A stretch of DNA of 64,000 bases from Hemiscyllium ocellatum. Its lineage: Eukaryota. Numbering within the stretch: position 1 is the first letter of the stretch; the number at the start of each line of letters is the position of its first letter. The position numbers were made by a program, and so were the translations under genes. The stretch spans positions 59,085,731 through 59,149,730 of the forward strand of contig NC_083404.1 in NCBI RefSeq assembly GCF_020745735.1, given 5' to 3'. Positions 12,329-23,730 of this stretch are shown piece by piece. The notes under the pieces were generated by a model that ran no database searches, had not been told where the DNA came from, and was given only the letters and a program-made list of their open reading frames with translations.

Positions 12329-14304
12329 GAAAATTAACAAATACTTTAACTTTTGTAATGTTAAAAGTGATACTATACATTTATATTTGAGTTATTAACG
12401 TGAGGGTTATCTTTGTGCCTGAGGTTAATAATTAACTTTTAAGTTGCCATTGTGACTTATTTTCTGAATTGAATTGGCTGTGTCACATTTATTCAAATGA
12501 GTACAACAAAACGTTATATGTCACCACTTTGAGGCCTGGCTTTAGATTGAATAGGTTTTTGTGCACTATTATTGGACTTTTGTTTATTTTAATTTGTTTT
12601 GAGACCTACCAAGATGAACAATGGGAGCTTAAGGTTTGCTGGACACTTCTGGAATTTGGTTTTGTTTAAGTTTAAGGAAGATACTGATAGCTTAGAGAGA
12701 GACCGACCTTTGGTTTTAGTTTTACTTTGAATGGAGCAGTCCTGTGAAGTCTCTGGTTGATTGGATCAGTGTTCCCAAGATGAGAACAACTTAAAGTGAA
12801 CTAGGCTACATTACAGTTAGTATGAGATCCTGGCCAGAAATAAAATCCTAAAGGGGTTACTTAAAGCTAAGTACATTTAAACTCAAGTATCTATCAGCTT
12901 CAGGAAGAAGCTATTTGCAGCTCCAGTCTCAAGCTGACATCACAAGGTTTTGCTTACTGTACAGGTTTTTTTTCATTTTTTTCAATTTATAAAGGAATTT
13001 TTGGAATTATTGGGACCATATTTTTACCGTGCTTGAAAATATGAAATTATAAATTGTTTTAAAATTTCTTTTATATAATAAACTTCAATTTTACTGTTGT
13101 CAAAGCAAAACCTGCAAGCACTGCATTCTTACATTTTAATAAACAACTATTTTGTTAAAACCAGAATAGATCAAAATATTATCGATCATGCCACGTTTCA
13201 GTCTAGAATGTCACTTGTCCAATACTACTTGTCAGCTGAAAATAATAACACTGATGCAAATATTGAAGCTTTTTTTTTCTGATGTCAAAATCACTCTCAT
13301 TCTATTTTGTAGTTTTAAATATTGGAGGCAGCAAATGCTTATGACACAGTACTGGAAGCAATCTGCAGTTCCTGCTATCGTATCTACCTCAATGGATGGA
13401 GAAGGCAGTGATCAGGAAATAGACACTTTGTTCAGTTTCAATTGCAGTGGCACAACTGCATTTTTCTTTATCACTTTATCATTGAAAGTCAGGGTAAACA
13501 ACAAAATAAATCCAACAATTTATACAAGGTATGCTCACTAAAACTTAACGCAACTGGTTTTTCCCACTCCACCCAATTTTACTAACCTCAAATTGCAATG
13601 CTAATGCAAACATTTTCATTTCCTATCTTTATAGCAGGCATTTGAACTATGACACCAATTCTCCAGTTGCAGTGCATGCTGTTAAGTCAGTCACTGAACA
13701 GTGCATCAGACCATCCTGACAGCAACGTGCCTTTTCTTCTTGTACCATTAAATCCCAAAAGTGAAGCACATTATTTGTCCACAACTTTTAAAGAAAACTG
13801 GCAAGTTTAGAGGTGTAAATCTGCCATTGTAGACTGCTACTTTGCTTATTTTTTTAAAAAGAGGACACCCTGTTAGACAAGTGGAAAAATTAGTAACTAA
13901 GGCAGAAACTTGAAATTGCAACAACACAAACGAAACAATCTCACAGTTGAGATTTGTTACCAAACATGCCAGATGACAAAATCGATCCTCAAGAGGAAAC
14001 CAAATAATGATGAATACTGCATTACAAAAAGCTGAATCACAAGATAATATTTTCTATAGAGTGCTTATCGCTGTACTAATTATAGTTAATAAAAGCAATT
14101 GGATACCTTGGAGAAATGCTTTTGTAATTTGATAGTATATGAAAATAAAAACAGCAAAGTCAACATGAAGGATGAAATATCTATAAATTTAATATGTATT
14201 GCTTTGAAGTGAAGAGTTTCACATAATGTACATGACAAGTTTTCAAAGCTTCTGGATTTTGTAAGAACTCTATGGTGATGAGAATAACTAAAAAATTTCA
14301 ATCA

Positions 14305-15015
14305 CCTTATCCCTCAACATCAGGGAAATGAAAGGACTGGAAGCAAGGTGGAGAGCAAGCCCTATCTACAGCAATGAAGCGGAGGTGGAGATGGTTGAGT
14401 GCATTAAGTTCCTAGAGTGACAGTCTCCAATCTGTCCTGGTCCATCCACATTGATACAACAGTGATTCTACTTACCCAGAAGGCTAAGGAAATTTGGCAT
14501 ATCTATAAAGACACCAAACATCTTTTATAGATGCACCATAGAAAGCATTCTTTCTGGATGCATCACACCTTCGTGTCACAACTATTCTGCCCAGGACCAT
14601 TAGAAACTACAGGGAGTTGTGAACACAGTCCAGGCCATCATGCAAGCTGACCTTCCTTTCATTGACTCCACCTATACTTCTCACTGCCTTTGAAAAGCAG
14701 CCAACATAATCAAAGACCCTTTGCACCCTAGTTAAATCTCTTATAATCCCTTCCATTGGGCAGAAGATACAAAAGCTTAAATACATATACCAACAGATTG
14801 AAGAACAGTTTCTTCCCCATTGTTATTAGAATGGACTTCTCAAATTTCAAATTTAATGCTGACCTCACTCTTTGTACACCTTCTCTGCAGCATAACATTG
14901 TATTCCTTGCTCTACTGTATTACCTTAAAAAATACATTAAGGTATGATCTGCCTTTACTACATGCAAAACAATATCTTTCACTGTACCTAGGTACATGTA
15001 ACAATAAATCAAATA
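14305..15015 (+). mobile_element. Rex1/Babar-type element 3' end
   Basis: FYRCTIESIL and GRRYKSLNTYTNRLKNSFFP motifs; tail ending ACAATAAATCAAAT. Confidence 0.75.
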
Positions 15016-15090
15016 AAGAATCTAACAAAACAGATTGTGCTGTTATTCAAAATGAGAAACGTCAACTGTAGTCTAAGTTGTTATCATTAC

Positions 15091-15151
15091 CTCCACAAAT
15101 ATACACCATGGGTTGTTGCTTTGGAGGCTGCAAGTCCTTCTGGATATCCAT
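15091..15151 (-). CDS. POLR2K: POLR2K first coding exon (61 coding nt; [20 protein letters not shown])
   Basis: ATG at 15151 and donor G|gtaatg at 15090; near-identical to the vertebrate RPABC4 N-terminus; 61+93+23 = 177 nt = 58 aa + stop. Confidence 0.97.
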
Positions 15152-15890
15152 TTCTATGCAATTTTCAATTTGGACTGAAAGACAATCAAATGTGAATTAT
15201 TACACAGTCATTAAGTTGTCTTAGAGAGTTTTTACTTGGTTTTTCTAATATCATTTGTCACAGACTAGTCTGATGTTAAAATCCTAGCTTTGACATTTGT
15301 CAGCAAATCCATTAAATTAAAAGATAAAATATATGTTTGGTAAACCTGACATGCAATTCTATTTCCAATCTCGTGGCAAAAGTTTAATATATTACTTTGC
15401 ATTGCCAAACTTCAAAAATATAGTTCCTTTAGACAGCGATCAACAACTGCAGATACCCATTTGTCTGGATAACAACAAGAACATTTGAGAATCTTGATGC
15501 TACAATGTACGAAGCAACCCACTTGATTGGCATTGTACCTACAATCTTAAATATTAATTCCCTCTATCATAAGTACACCCCACATGATACTAACAAACAA
15601 GGCAACAGAATGTAGCACAATGGATTGTTCATTGGCTTCAAGGTAAAACAGCAAATAGGAGTAGATGGTAATTATCAAGAATGGCAAGAAATTAAAAGTG
15701 ATTTTCCAAAAAGATCAATGCTAAAAACACTGCTTTTCACAATGTACATTATGATTTGGACTTAGTAATCAAAGAGAGTAGTTCATATCATGGGCTTTAA
15801 AAAAACACAGGGGAGGACATTAAAATTATGCACAATAGGAAAAAATTGGCAGAAGACAATAGCTGAGAGGGTGCATTTTAATAGAAACAA

Positions 15891-16399
15891 TGCCACCAGT
15901 TTCTGTATCCTCATAACAGTTGAAGCAAACACTCAGACAGAGCATGGCTCTACCTTTTTTACCTTTATTCTGAGCCATGGAAAGAGAAATGATCGCGCAT
16001 GTACACATAAATATGAGTTCTTGTTCTTGTCTTAAACAGCAGATTCTTAAAGAATTATATAGTCACCTAAGAGGGGCAGCATCCAAATAAGGCAACATCA
16101 AAATTGACTGGGTGACCATTACAATCAGCGAGCATCAACAGTAAAGATTAAGCCATTTTGCATTACACAATGGATATTCCTCACCTTGATAACTGACATT
16201 ATACAATGGATATTCTTTACCTCATTACCTAACATTACTTAATGGATGCTCTTTACCTTGTTAAACCACCACCCTTGCGACTAGCACCTCATTGTTTACT
16301 GCAAGTTCTTATCTTGTCAAAGTCATGCTAGCTGAGCCTTTGTCAAGCAACCCTAAATTTAACTCTTTCCTACCTGCTCATACCTTATACACTTTCTCA
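15891..16399 (-). repeat. 3' LTR of the RBPMS2-carrying element
   Basis: TGAGAAAG...GGTGGCA on - strand; TATATAA box (~16055), AATAAA (15964-15969), three 36-bp U3 repeats at 16161/16197/16233. Confidence 0.85.
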
Positions 16400-16734
16400 T
16401 ACCCTCCTTTTATCATTTCATGATAACCACCTAGATGGCACTACCAGCTTACTGCCAGTACTTAAGTTATTAACACACAATTTGCAATGATAACAACAAC
16501 AAAAATTACTAGTCCATGCAGTAGATAGAATCTGCAGAATCCTCCCAAGTGGAAAAAGGTTCACCAGTAAAATTCTTAAATCCAGTCATTAGTGACCACT
16601 CCACCCCATCCAAGTCAAGTGGAAATGAGTCAGTTATCCAAAATCTACTTCAGTAAAGTTCAACCTGAAAACAAAATCCAGTCTATCCTACTGCATCACT
16701 CCACGGAGAATTCTGAATTTTTGGGTAAGAGCAG

Positions 16735-17028
16735 TTAAATACTTAGAGACTTCAATCTTGGAGATGTTTCAGAAGTAGGATACCAGCGCATCTGAGCATG
16801 AAGTACAGCAGCAGGCTAGGTGAAGGCAGCATTCTTTGGTGCTTCTGCTCACACTCTGCTGTCAAATGTAACAAAGCCAACTGGATGTTTTGATGTTAAC
16901 TTGATCAGTGAACCTCCGTATCCCATAAATGATCGAAAGAGAAGATGGTAAAGCTCACATGGTTTAATGTCCATAGGAAGGCCACTGACAAAAAGCCTCC
17001 CGACTTCCTCTTCACTTTTTGTGCTCAT
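16735..17028 (-). pseudogene. RBPMS2: Processed, internally deleted RBPMS2 (Hermes)/RBPMS-family retrocopy
   Basis: Translates [85 protein letters not shown]; intronless; two in-frame stops; FVTFDSR favours RBPMS2 over RBPMS, but paralog assignment needs a tree. Confidence 0.85.
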
Positions 17029-17406
17029 GACTGAGGAGCTGATTGAATCCGTTGGGTCAGGTTGTGGAGGGGAGGGTGGTGGTTCGAATGTGAATGGAGA
17101 AACTCTAGAGATGATGTTAGCTGCTGAAAGTATCTTAACATTTCCTCTTTTCTTACTCTGTATGTCTGGGGACTCGAACCCGTTTGTCAGTGCATTTACG
17201 AAGCAGTGTCTCTCGACTGAACAAATTATTGTTCGAGGAATCCATTGAAAGCGACTGATCATTTCCGATACACAGGAATATCAAGAGGGATCAAGATTTA
17301 AATATCACTTATGGGTCCATTAATCTCCAGATACCAATATTCCAGGTGATCGCTGACATTGTCCAATCGTAACTATTCGCTTGGACTCCTACCCAGCTCA
17401 CCATAG

Positions 17407-17877
17407 TGTCACCCCATTTCTGTATCCACATATCAGTCGAAGCAAACACTCAGACACAGTATGGCTCTACCTTCTTTACCTTTATTCCGAGCCATGTAAA
17501 GAGAGCGATTGCCCATGTACACAAAGACATGAGTTCTTGATCTTCTCTCTCAAACTGCAGATTCTTAAGGAATTATATAGTCACTTACACTCACTTCCAA
17601 ATAAGGCAACATCAAAATTGATTGGGTGACCTTTATGATCAGCAAGCATCAACATCAAAGTTTAAGCCATCTGGCATTACACAATGGATGTTCCTCACCT
17701 TGTTAATTGGCATTACACAATGGAGGTTCTTTACCTCGTTAAACCACTACCTTGTGTCCAGCACCTCACTGTTTACTCCAAGTTCTTATCTGGTCAAATT
17801 CATGCTTGCTGAGCATTTGTCATGCAACCTTAAACTTAATTATTTCCCTACTTGCTCATACCTTCTACACTTTCTCA
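17407..17877 (-). repeat. 5' LTR of the RBPMS2-carrying element
   Basis: TGAGAAAG...GGTGACA on - strand; CCAAT, TATATAA and AATAAA; two 36-bp repeats at 17675/17711. Confidence 0.85.
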
Positions 17878-17879
17878 GA

Positions 17880-19150
17880 ATAAGCAAGTCAGTTATCTGG
17901 AAGGTGCAGGTCTCAGTAGGATACAAATTCAGAAATCATTACAAGTTCAGCTACAGATTACAGGTCACAAATAAAGCAAATTAAGCACCAGGCTTTACTT
18001 CTAGAGGGATAGAACTTGAAAAGCAGGGATGTTACGCAAAATCTGAATTGAAACTTAGTCATAGCATTGTGTGCAGTCTGGTCACCATATCATAAATAGG
18101 AATTGGATAGAGTGCAGAAAAATTAAGAGTATATATAAGAAAGAATCAAGAGGCTGGATTTTTCTCCTTTGAAAAAAATGCTTATAGTGGCCAATATAAA
18201 CATTTAAAATTATTACTTTTTCTTAAAATAGAGTGGACACATTTCTTTTCGTCGAGAGAATGGCCATTTATAAGATAATTACCATGAAATGCAACAAATT
18301 TCAGAAAGCTGGCGAGAATGCAGAAATTCCTACCACAGGGTGTGACTGAAGCAAATAGTACAGATATAATTAAGGGGAAGCCAGGCAAGATAGGAGGGAG
18401 AAACAGACTTAGCGTTAAACTTGTATAAGAAAAGATCCATTTCAGTTGGACAAGTGCAACAACTTCTGGACTCCAGAATCTACCTGAAGAATTGGAGACA
18501 AGTGCAGAAACATTTCATGAGAATGTACAGATGTTCCTCATTCCTGAACCAGAGATATACTGCAGGACATTGGACTATGTGACTTGGAGAGGAGATTCGA
18601 CAGAGGTATTCAAAATCATGAGGTGTTTGGAGAGAAATAAGAAGATACTGGTTCCCTAGTGTAAGGATCAAGAAAGACAATTTTAAAATAACGGTCAAAA
18701 TATACAATAGCACCCCGAGGAAAAACATTTCCACATCATAATTAATTAGGGTTTAAAAATATAGTGGAGACAGGCTCAATTGAGGAGAAAGTGAGGACTG
18801 CAGATACTGGAGATTAGAGCTGAAAATGTGTTGCTGGAAAAGCACAGCAGGTCAGGCAGCGTCCAAAGAGCAGGAGAATCGACGTTTCAGGCATGACCTC
18901 TTCTTCAGGAAAGGCTCATGCCCGAAACGTCGATTCTCCTGCTCTTTGGATGCTGCCTGACCTGCTGCGCTTTTCCAGCAACACATTTTCAGCACAGGCT
19001 CAATTGAGACATTCAAAAGGGAATTAGACTTATTTGATAGGAAAATTATAGACAGTTACAGGGAAAAGGCTGAGGAAAGGTAGCATAAGGTGAATTGCTC
19101 ATTTGGAGAGCCACTGTGCATACAATGAGCTGAATGGCCTCCATCTGCAT
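17880..19150 (+). mobile_element. Old CR1 3' fragments (host of the LTR element; continues from ~15600-15890)
   Basis: Decayed CR1 ORF2 C-terminal sequence on both sides of the LTR element. Confidence 0.6.
18785..18993 (-). mobile_element. Fold-back Penelope-related element with hammerhead motif and perfect 15-bp TSD
   Basis: TSD ACAGGCTCAATTGAG at 18770-18784 and 18994-19008; ~75-bp near-perfect inverted arms; CTGAAGA...GAAACGTC on - strand. Confidence 0.85.
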
Positions 19151-21049
19151 AGCGACAGATTAAGACAAGGCAAAAGTGAAACATAAACCAAAGCAAATAT
19201 GTCAAAACAGGGTATGTCTGTGCCATATGCAAACAATTTAAAGATGCACTACAGACTCTGGTCAAGTTCCTTCAACAGTATATTCCAAACCTGCAATTTC
19301 TTCCCACATTTGACAACAGCAGATGTACAGGAAATTCAAACTCCCACTCCCAAGACCCAGGCATGACTCTTAATGAAGACTTTGCAACTGTGCTCATTAA
19401 AGAGGCTGACAATGTAGTCATGTGAAAGAAATATTACATAGGATAAACACACATATATATATCTAATTTAGCAAAATATAGTATTAAGAGGCTTATCTTA
19501 GAAGTTGATAAATTGCCAGGGCCTGTCCAGGACAGAATATAATATACTTTAGCAGAAACTAAGCAAGGAAAGTGAAGCTGTGTCATTTTCCAATCCTCTG
19601 GTCACAGGTTTCAGCCAGTCAAATCATTGTTTAAAATTAGAGGAAGAATATTACAAGTTCTTTACAGGTCAAAAAAAAGTCTATCCAATGAAAAACAAAT
19701 TACGAGAAAAAAATTCAGACAATACAAATCATTTAGAAGGATGCAAATTAAGCAACAATAGTCAGCATGGATTGAAAGGTAGGTCATGTGAGAATGTGCA
19801 AATGTGAGAATGTGTTGTTTTACAAGTAACACAAGGACAGTCAATAAAGATAACTCATATGGAACACAATTAAGCCCTTACAGAGGATACAAAAATTAGT
19901 CATAGTTCCTAGTGAGGAAGGAATCTGAATGAGAACAATCAATGCAGTTGTTAGCCAAATAAGGCACAGAAGTACACAAAAACCTGTTAGGACATATTAA
20001 TGTCGAGGAAGAGGAATGTTGGATACAAGTCCACAGATCCTGGAAGGTAATAGTGATAGTTAAGGTGATCAGGGAGATGAGCTGAAAATGTGTTGCTGGA
20101 TGTACAAGATATAGTCTACACCCAACTAATAAAATTAAGAGCAGGGAGATAATGAGAGAACTAAACAGAACACTAGTTAGATACAAACTGATTACAGTTC
20201 TGGGCATCATATTGCAAGAAAATCATATAAGATACTCAGACAGGACCTTTCAAAACCATGACCACTTCCATCTAGAAGGACAAGGTCAGCAGATACATGG
20301 GAAACCTGCAAGTTTCTCTCCATCCCAGTCACCGTCCTGATTTGGAAGTATATTGCCATTTTTTTCATTGTCAGAGTCAAAGTCCTTGAAGTGTCTCACT
20401 AATGGCATTGTCAGTGTTATCTACAATAAGTGGATTGCATGTTCAAGACAACAGCTCGCCATGACCTTCTCAATGGCAACTAGGGATGGGCAATAAATGC
20501 TGGCCCAGCCAGCGACACCCATGTAACACGAGTAAATTAAAACAAAGGACAGCGCAGATTGACATGAGTGTTAACAATCATACTGAATTCAAAACATGAA
20601 CGAATGGTGAATAGCATTCTATTCCACTCTCGATTCTACCGCTCCACTCCCTAAATCTTGTACAGAATAGGCAGGAGAGATTTGTGGGTAGTTAAAGAAG
20701 TGGTGTAAGCATGAGAAAGTGTGATTTTTTTTAAACAAGCGATACATCCAGCTAATTTTCAACTAGACATGACGGGCTGAATGGCACCTAACAGTGCCTC
20801 TGCTGTAGTTCCCTAGAACCAGTAGCCAAACAATACGATATAACTCAAAACAGAAGCCACAATTACCCTTTCATCGATAGGCCTCATATGGTTTCCAACA
20901 ACTCGCATTTCACACTAAGCCAGAGGCCCTGACTGTTACCAAGAACCTGTCTCCCTATCCCTCTTTCCTCCCCTAAAGATTTTTTTTAACAATATGAAGC
21001 CAAATGCTCCGAGATTATTTACGGGATCGATCTGTTTCTCTTCCTTCAT

Positions 21050-21900
21050 TCCCTCCCTTCTACTCACCCTAACTACACCTACCATCTCCGACTGAACCGT
21101 ATGGAAAAAGGAACCTTGGCAGCAAAAAATGCTCACGCCGCTGGCCCAACTACTTCCGGTTGCCGTGAACAGTAATACGGCCGCTGATTGGTCACCCGGA
21201 GTAACCAATCAGAGTTTTGGATACGAAATTCGAACGGCGGAGCGGATTGTCAGCGGCGGCACTGGATTATGAGGAAGGTTGGAGGGGGGTTGGGGATGTG
21301 ACCGGTGAGAGAAGAAACTTCGGGAAAGGAGGTGGTCTGAGACGGAAATGTAGGTGCCGTTTAACTGGAAGGCCCTTTCTCGGTTCTCGGTGGATTAAAA
21401 GTTTCTCCTGTAGCAGTTGTGTAAGTACGAGGTTGTGGTTTAGAGACCAGTCCAGCCCCCAGTTTCTGTTCCATTGGACTCCTTACTGGGCCTCGCGGCG
21501 TTTCCACAAACTCGAAAGAGCTTTGAGTCCGTCCTCGCTTCAGCAAGGTGTATGTTTGCGTGCTCGAAGGAATACTTTCCTGCAACTCTTAGGGTTTGGA
21601 GGCAGTGGGCTGAGGACGTTCGTATATGGGATATTTTGAGGGAGAGTGGGAATGTATCGAAGAGCGGGGATCCACATGTGGGAGCAGATGATGAACGAGG
21701 GGGAGCGCCAACCTGGGGGAGAGGAGGGCCAGATGGAGCTGTGTCGGGGAGCGGGAGGAGGGGATGGAGCTTTGTGTGTGGGGGGAGGAGGAGGAGGAGA
21801 TGGAGATGGAGATGTTTGAAACCACGAGTTTGCACCAAAACTAGTAAGCATCCTGCAACAAGAGACTCTGCACTGTACGTGATGCAAGCAAACATTTTTG
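21050..21900. promoter_or_regulatory. POLR2K: CpG island and POLR2K promoter with non-coding exon 1 (donor at 21135-21136 on - strand); possibly bidirectional
   Basis: Sharp CpG enrichment; ETS/GABP CCGGAAGT (21152-21159, - strand); inverted CCAAT pair 21184-21212; GC|gtgagc donor. Confidence 0.75.
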
Positions 21901-23601
21901 GGTTTTGGGGCACGTTCACATAGGAATATTCAATTTGACCTGACCAAATATAGAAAGAACTACATGCACATTCAGACTCTAACACCATAATTACTACTAA
22001 TCATTTTGTCAAATGCTGAATTATGGCTTTGTGAATTGTTTGTTTTGGTACAGATGGTGCGAATTACAAAGAGCAGCGTTGGTAATAGCTTAGAATAAAT
22101 ATTTACAGTAATGTATTTTAATTGAATAACAAAATACTTAAAGGATTCAGACCGATTGTTTCTTTCCCAAACCCCTCTAAACATCAACATTTTAATCCCA
22201 TTGTACGTTGCTTGACTTCATTTCAACATGTTCCAGTGAATCATTTGTTTGTAATCATATTTTCTTATTTGAATAATTCTGATCATAGTTTCAATCCTTT
22301 GCATTTGGATCTCAAAAGTAAATTTCCTTTTGACTGTCATTTGATGTATGCTGATATGAGGCTGGATGCTTGAAGGGATCTTTTGCACAGGTCCATTATA
22401 ATGATCTCTGACTTTAAGTTTTATATATGTCTTTTTCCAGAAAAAAAGTCAGTGTACTTATGTATCCATAAACAGCACTTTTGATTCAATGCAATTTCAC
22501 TAGATGCCAAAGAGATCTGCAGTTCAAGATGTTGGATTATATGTTTCACTGGTTTCACTATATGATCCTGACTATTGTACATGTGTGTTTTGGCAAGTGT
22601 GTGAAAGTGAAATATTTGTAGGGGTGTCAGTGCCTATTAACCATATCCCAGCAAGCCTCTACCAAATTTAGAAAAGAAGAATGCTGAAACATTGTAGGTA
22701 CCAGCTAGAAACTTTGATTGTGTATACAGTTATATGTAAGGAAAAGTTGAGGAGTTAGCATTTTTTGTTCAAACTACTGAACCCTATTAAAATCAAATGT
22801 TTGTCTACATATTTATTTTGACTTGAGCACCTTTAAATAAAGCATGATTTTACTGCCTGCTAAATTTAATCTTTTTGTAGAGTATTCCAAAGCAGCTCCA
22901 TTGGAGGCCTCAAAGATGTGTGTCTAAACCAGCTGTAGGCTTGGTCCAAAGATGCTCTACTGGGATATAATAGTGTAGGTTGAGGGGAATGCAAATTCAG
23001 GAATGTGTTCCTGGGGTTAAGTGCAGATTTGCAGTATCTTTTATTTTCTGCAGCTTTATTACAAGGCAGTTAGCAAAAATGTTTCCCTGGGATACGTGAG
23101 CATTTTTCTCACTTGTTTGAGCAGTTTATTTTCAAGAGGGACATTTACAAAATTCCAGTGGTGAAAGTTACAGCATGTGTTAAAATCAGAAAATACTTTG
23201 AAAAAAAGATATTTTTAATCTTAGGGGTTTTTGATATTCATAATGTATTTACATGGAAATCTACTGATTCACTAATTGTATGTTGATAATTCATTTTTTA
23301 AACTAAATATAATGGGATATTGCGATTCAAGCACATTTTTCATACCCAAATACCAGAATTGGAGGATAGCTATGAATATTTTCTCCAAATGAGAATAGAT
23401 ATAACTGCAGATGCTGGCAATCAGAAACAAAACCACAAATCGCTGGAAAAGCACAGCAGGTCTGGTAGCATCTGGAGAGAAATCAAATATTAACAATTTG
23501 TACAAAGGAATTAAATGCAATATCTCTGAATTTGCAGATGATAAACTGGATGGTGTGTGCTGTGAAGAGAATGCTAAGAGTCTTGAGGATGACTTGGATA
23601 G

Positions 23602-23730
23602 GAGGAGAAAGTGAGGTCTGCAGGTGCTGGAGATCAGAGCTGAAAATGTGTTGCTGGAAAAGCGCAGCAGGTCAGGCAGCATCCAAGGAACAGGAGATTC
23701 GACGTTTCAGGCATAAGCCCTTCTTCAGGA
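23602..23730 (-). mobile_element. 5'-truncated copy of the hammerhead-bearing short element
   Basis: TSD ATGACTTGGATAG / ATGGCTTGGATAG (23589-23601, 23731-23743); intact core ATTC-CTGAAGA-A-GGGC-TTAT-GCCT-GAAA-CG-TC-GAAT. Confidence 0.8.

Larger units (their letters stand above)
15891..17877 (-). mobile_element. Non-autonomous LTR element (ERV/Gypsy-like cis signals) carrying a captured RBPMS2 cDNA
   Basis: Direct repeats 15891-16399 and 17407-17877, both TG...CA; PBS-like TGGTGAGCTGGGTAGGAGTC after the 5' LTR; PPT AAAAGGAGGGTA before the 3' LTR; no gag/pol/env recognisable inside. Confidence 0.85.

Noticed and set aside
16428-16443. CTCF-like motif CCACCTAGATGGCAC (similar ones at ~30848 and ~61637)
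   Set aside because: Mismatches in the 5' part of the core; cannot be distinguished from chance without binding data
17029-17262. N-terminal 78 aa of ORF 16849-17262 as part of a real RBPMS2 protein
   Set aside because: No resemblance to the family before MSTKS; probably leader/5'UTR sequence that happens to be open
21217-21988. Several overlapping ORFs in the CpG island
   Set aside because: Low-complexity Pro/Gly/Arg translations of GC-rich, purine-skewed promoter DNA; no recognisable domain
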